The translations under genes were made by a program, and so were the position numbers. From assembly GCF_049337375.1 (NCBI RefSeq), contig NZ_JBMPIV010000015.1: a DNA stretch of 64,000 nucleotides, one strand, 5' to 3'. Each line of letters starts with the position of its first letter. Position 1 is the first letter of the stretch. Below the pieces are notes generated by a model. It did not search any database and was not told the origin of the DNA. It saw only the letters and a program-made list of their open reading frames with translations. Shown one piece after another: positions 60,241 through 64,000 of the stretch. Source of the DNA: Nannocystis pusilla (lineage in GTDB: Bacteria; Myxococcota_A; Polyangia; Nannocystales; Nannocystaceae).

Positions 60241-61515
60241 ATGCCGGGGAGTTCCGTGATGGGCCGCGAAGCCGAGCACAGTTTGGCCGACTTCTACTTC
60301 TCGGACAGCGACGATCCGCTCTGTCCGCCCGAGGGCTTCGTGCAGTGGGCCGAGGCCGGCTCCTGGGCGATGTCGATGTACGAGCCCCACATGTTGGGGG
60401 CCGTCGCACCGCGCATGGCGATCGAACGCGCCGGCGAACGCAGCGACGTCATCAACCTCAGCTCGTACAACTACCTCGGGCTCGCAACGCACCCGGAGGT
60501 CGTCGCGGCGGCGCAGGAGGCCCTGCGCACCTACGGCACCGGGGCCTGCGGATCGCCGCTGCTCTCGGGGCTGTCGGATCTGCACCGCGGGCTCGAGCAG
60601 GAGCTGGCGGCGTTCCTCGGCCAGGAGGACTGCATCCTCTTCAACAGCGGCTTCGCCGGGGGAATGGGCACGCTCGCCGGCGTGTTGCGCAAGGGCGACG
60701 TGGCCATCCTCGACGCCAAGACCCACCTGTGCTCGATCGACGGCGCCAAGCTGTCGCGCGCCAAGCTGGTGTTCTTCGACCACAATGACCCCGACTCGCT
60801 CGACCAGGCGCTGACCGACAGCGAGGGCGCGCGCCGGCTGGTGGTGGTCGAGGGCGTATACTCGATGGACGGCGACACGGCCGATCTGCCGAAGTTGCTG
60901 CCGGTGGCCGAGAAGCACGGCGTCGGCGTGCTGATCGACGAGGCCCACTCGATCCTCGTGTATGGCGCCAACGGCCGCGGCGTGGTCGAGCACTACGGCG
61001 CCGAGAAGTCGATCGGCCTGCAGTTCGCGACCTTCAGCAAGGCGTTCGCCGGCTGCGGCGGCTTCACCGTCGGGCCGCGCGCGCTGCTGCAGTACATGCG
61101 CTACTACATCAACGCCTACGGCTTCAGCTGCGCGCTGCCGCCGGCGGTGGTGGCCGGGCTCCGCAAGGCGCTCGAGGTGGCGACCCGCGACAACTCGCTG
61201 CGCGAGACGCTGTGGGCCAACACCCGCTACTTCCGCGAGAAGGCGCAGCAGATCGGCCTCGACCTCGGGCATGGCTCGAGTCAGGTGGTGCCGATCATGG
61301 TCGGATCGGATCGCCGCCGGCTGTATGAGTTGACGCGCACGCTCCATCGTCGCGGGCTGTTCCTCGCGCCGGTCGACTACCCCTCGGTGCCCGAGGACGG
61401 GCTGCGCTTCCGCGTCGCGATCACGGCCGCGCACACGCGCGCCGACCTCGACCGCGCGCTCGAGATCCTCGAGGACACGATCATCCGCGGCCGCGTCGAC
61501 GGGGCGGCCGAGTGA
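60241..61515 (+). CDS. Alpha-oxoamine synthase family PLP enzyme (serine palmitoyltransferase / 8-amino-7-oxononanoate synthase / KBL-like)
   Basis: PLP-lysine motif FSKAFAGCGGF. SYNYLGL. GVYSMDGD. The start may be ATG 60259, preceded by GGGGAG. 424 aa. Confidence 0.85.
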   Translation: MPGSSVMGREAEHSLADFYFSDSDDPLCPPEGFVQWAEAGSWAMSMYEPHMLGAVAPRMAIERAGERSDVINLSSYNYLGLATHPEVVAAAQEALRTYGTGACGSPLLSGLSDLHRGLEQELAAFLGQEDCILFNSGFAGGMGTLAGVLRKGDVAILDAKTHLCSIDGAKLSRAKLVFFDHNDPDSLDQALTDSEGARRLVVVEGVYSMDGDTADLPKLLPVAEKHGVGVLIDEAHSILVYGANGRGVVEHYGAEKSIGLQFATFSKAFAGCGGFTVGPRALLQYMRYYINAYGFSCALPPAVVAGLRKALEVATRDNSLRETLWANTRYFREKAQQIGLDLGHGSSQVVPIMVGSDRRRLYELTRTLHRRGLFLAPVDYPSVPEDGLRFRVAITAAHTRADLDRALEILEDTIIRGRVDGAAE

Positions 61516-61538
61516 GCGGGACAGGGTAGGGGGGCACG

Positions 61539-62549
61539 ATGAAGACGACGCTGGTGTTCATGTTCCCAGGGCAGAGCTCGCGCTACCCGGGGATGCTCGG
61601 CAAGCTGGCCCGGCTGCACCGCCGGGCCGCCGAGGTGCTGGCGCGCTGCAGCGACGTGCTCGGCCGCGACCTCGACGCGCACACCAGCGAGGACAACCCG
61701 ACGGCGTTCGATCGCAACGTCGACGTCCAGGTCGGCGTGTTCGTCGCCAACCACATGATGCTCAGCATCCTGCAGGCCGAGGGCGTCGACGCCGAGCTGT
61801 CGCTGGGGCTGTCGCTCGGCGAGTACAACCACCTCGTCCACATCGGCGCGCTCGAGCTGCCGGAGGCGCTGCGCCTGGTCCAGGCCCGCGGCGAGGCCTA
61901 CGACGCCGGCCCGCGCGGGATGATGGCCTCGGTCCAGCCGCTCGACCTCGAGACGCTCGAGGAGGTGGTCGAGCAGATCCGCGGCCAGGGCCTCGGGGTG
62001 CTCGAGATCGTCAACCTCAACTCGCCGAAGCAGCACGTGCTGTCGGGCGACGCCGCCGCGGTCGAGGCCGCGGTCGCGCTGCTGGAGGACGAGCACTACG
62101 TGGTGCCGACGATCATCGAGCGCCAGGTGCCGATGCACTCGTCGCTGTTCGAGCCGGTCGGCGCGGCCCTGCGCCCGCACCTGCAGCGCGCGCGCTTCAA
62201 GGCCCCGCGGCTGCCGTACCTGCCGAACCGCCGCGGCGAGTTCGTGCCGGCGCCGACCGCCGGCGAATTCGTCGACCTGCTCGAGGAGCACGTGCACACG
62301 CCGGTGCTGTGGCGGCGGTCGATCGACCGCGTCGCCGAGCGCCACCCGGGCGCGGTGTTCATCGAGGTCGGCCCGCGCCAGGTGCTGCACAACCTGCTCG
62401 ACCGCAAGTGGTCGTCGCGGCCGAAGTACGCCACCGACAACCGCGACGACGCCGCCGGGCACCTGGCCGGCGTGCTCGCGGCGCTGCGCCAGCACCTGCC
62501 GCCGACCCCGCGCAAGGACGTGGCCCAGGAGGCGTCGTGGACGAGCTGA
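61539..62549 (+). CDS. Acyltransferase, FabD-like (malonyl-CoA:ACP transacylase family)
   Basis: MFPGQSS N-terminus and a GLSLGEY active-site Ser motif. 336 aa. Confidence 0.8.
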   Translation: MKTTLVFMFPGQSSRYPGMLGKLARLHRRAAEVLARCSDVLGRDLDAHTSEDNPTAFDRNVDVQVGVFVANHMMLSILQAEGVDAELSLGLSLGEYNHLVHIGALELPEALRLVQARGEAYDAGPRGMMASVQPLDLETLEEVVEQIRGQGLGVLEIVNLNSPKQHVLSGDAAAVEAAVALLEDEHYVVPTIIERQVPMHSSLFEPVGAALRPHLQRARFKAPRLPYLPNRRGEFVPAPTAGEFVDLLEEHVHTPVLWRRSIDRVAERHPGAVFIEVGPRQVLHNLLDRKWSSRPKYATDNRDDAAGHLAGVLAALRQHLPPTPRKDVAQEASWTS

Positions 62550-63091
62550 GCGGCCTCGACGCGCTGATCAAGCAGCACCGCCGGCGGCCTGTGTTCGTGC
62601 CCGGCGAGGGCAGCACGCGAGTCGAGTTCGGCCGCGCCGCGATCGAGCGCATGCTGCCGCACCGCGACCCGTTCCTGTTCGTCGACGCGATCGACGCGGT
62701 CGAGCTGCCGCGCACGCCCGAGGACCCGGGCATGATCCGCGGCGTGCGGACCATCGACGCCGGCGACGCGGTGTTCACCGGCCACTTCCCCGGCGACCCG
62801 GTGTACCCGGGCGTGCTGCTGGTCGAGGCGATCGGGCAGCTCGGGATCTGTCTCTTGCACCTCATGGCCAAAGGGACAGCCAGCATCGACGCCGCGGACG
62901 CGCCGGCGCGCCTGCGGCTGCTCAAGGTCCACCACGCCCTGTTCCAGGGCGGCGTCCGCCCGGGCGACCGGCTGACGCTGCTCGCCCGCTCGCTCGAGCA
63001 CAGCGACTACGTCTCGACCTGCGTCGGCCAGGCCCTCCGCGGCGAGGAGGTCCAGGCCCTCGCGGTGTTCGAGGTCTACTTGATGGACTGA
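62537..63091 (+). CDS. FabZ/FabA-like 3-hydroxyacyl-ACP dehydratase (hotdog fold)
   Basis: LPHRDPFLFVD...FTGHFPGDPVYPGVLLVEAIGQ. GTG 62537 overlaps the upstream gene's 3' end. Confidence 0.7.
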   Translation: MDELSGLDALIKQHRRRPVFVPGEGSTRVEFGRAAIERMLPHRDPFLFVDAIDAVELPRTPEDPGMIRGVRTIDAGDAVFTGHFPGDPVYPGVLLVEAIGQLGICLLHLMAKGTASIDAADAPARLRLLKVHHALFQGGVRPGDRLTLLARSLEHSDYVSTCVGQALRGEEVQALAVFEVYLMD

Positions 63092-63111
63092 CTCCCCCCA
63101 GAAGAGCACGC

Positions 63112-64000
63112 ATGGTCTCATCGCAGGCACAATCGCCCCGCCGCGTGGTCATCACCGGCCTCGGCATCAACACGCCCCTGGGCGACGATCTCGACACCTT
63201 CTACGCCAACCTGGTCGCCGGCAAGTCGGCGATCACGCGCTGGAAGTGGCACAACAACGACGGCGTGTACTCGAAGATCGGCGGCGATCTGTCGGAGTAC
63301 GACGTCAAGGCCAAGCTGGCACGCCTGCGCGACGTGCTGCCGGCCGAGGTGCACAAGCGGGCCCGCCAGCTGTGCAACAAGGCGCCGTTCTCGACGTCGC
63401 TGTCGGTGCTGTGCGCGGCCGATGCGTGGCGCGACGCGGGCATGGTCGAGGTCGCGGACCCGACCCGCTGCGCCGTGCTGGTCGGCGGCCACAACCTCAA
63501 CGAGCGCTACTTCGCCGACAACTACGTCACCTTCCAGACGGAAGATCCCGACTACATCGACTCGATGGCGGCGCTGCACATGCTCGACACCGACCACGCC
63601 GGCTCGGTGAGCGAGATGCTCGGCTGGAAGGGCGCCTGCTACACGCTCGGGGGCGCGTGCGCCAGCGCGAACGTGGCCCTGCGCAACGCCATCGACGAGA
63701 TCCGCCACCACGACCACGACATGGCGATGGTGGTCGGCGCGGTGCTCGACTTCTCGCAGATGGGCGTGCACGCGATGGCGCTGCTCGGCGCCATCACCTT
63801 CGAGAGCTTCAACGACACGCCCGAGCTGGCCAGCCGGCCCTACGACTCGCGGCGCGAGGGCTTCGTGCCGTCGCACGGCGCCGGCGCGCTGGTGCTCGAG
63901 GAGCTCGGCCACGCGCTGAAGCGCGGCGCGACGATCTACGCCGAGGTGCTCGGCTGCACCTCGACCTCGGACGGCTGCCACCTGCCGTCGCCGTCGACCG
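63112..64000 (+). CDS. Beta-ketoacyl-ACP synthase (KAS I/II family), 5'-partial view; continues beyond window
   Basis: Self-translation gives MVSSQAQSPRRVVITGLGINTPLGDDLDTFYANLVAGKSAI ... active-site Cys in YTLGGACASANVAL. No stop before the window end. Confidence 0.85.
   Translation, partial: MVSSQAQSPRRVVITGLGINTPLGDDLDTFYANLVAGKSAITRWKWHNNDGVYSKIGGDLSEYDVKAKLARLRDVLPAEVHKRARQLCNKAPFSTSLSVLCAADAWRDAGMVEVADPTRCAVLVGGHNLNERYFADNYVTFQTEDPDYIDSMAALHMLDTDHAGSVSEMLGWKGACYTLGGACASANVALRNAIDEIRHHDHDMAMVVGAVLDFSQMGVHAMALLGAITFESFNDTPELASRPYDSRREGFVPSHGAGALVLEELGHALKRGATIYAEVLGCTSTSDGCHLPSPST

Overview
This is a very high-GC (about 72%) chromosomal window, almost certainly from a member of Myxococcota. 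The evidence is a protein with a MYXO-CTERM-like sorting tail, lipoproteins with Thr/Pro-rich linkers, frequent GTG starts, a sigma54-regulated gsp cluster, and Arg-rich antisense pseudo-ORFs. About 47 real genes can be supported. From 5' to 3' they are: an NAD-epimerase fused to a CPBP/CAAX protease and an alpha/beta hydrolase; a long non-coding gap and a Cys-rich lipoprotein; a PHA locus (phaR, acyl-CoA synthetase, small PhaE/PhaR-like subunit, class III/IV phaC); secreted lipase/hydrolases; a MYXO-CTERM protein; a beta-propeller lipoprotein; a 2OG-Fe(II) oxygenase; an acyl-CoA dehydrogenase; an orphan DPPY-motif methyltransferase with basic tandem repeats; a complete type II secretion system operon (gspC-D-E-F-G-H-I-J-K-L-M-N) bracketed by two sigma54 enhancer-binding response regulators; several hypothetical or lipoprotein genes; a minus-strand operon prmA-rsmE-RDD-giant (about 1825 aa; MshEN-like domain, disordered repeats, HEAT); meaB; a DUF1963 protein; a MATE exporter; pgi-UGPase-epimerase; and an alpha-oxoamine synthase (SPT-like)-acyltransferase-dehydratase-ketosynthase lipid cluster that runs off the 3' end. 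No rRNA, tRNA, CRISPR array or transposase was seen. The most striking feature is a massively over-represented short palindromic element, TGTCC-N4-GGACA (often CATGTCC-N4-GGACATG or CTGTCC-N4-GGACAG, i.e. CTGT-N8-ACAG), present more than 50 times in 64 kb. It forms compound hairpin clusters mainly downstream of genes and between convergent genes, like REP elements, but is also embedded in coding sequence: linkers, C-terminal tails, and low-complexity regions, including a 45-bp tandem array in the giant gene. To my knowledge this element family is undescribed, and I treat it as the main candidate novel system in this window.
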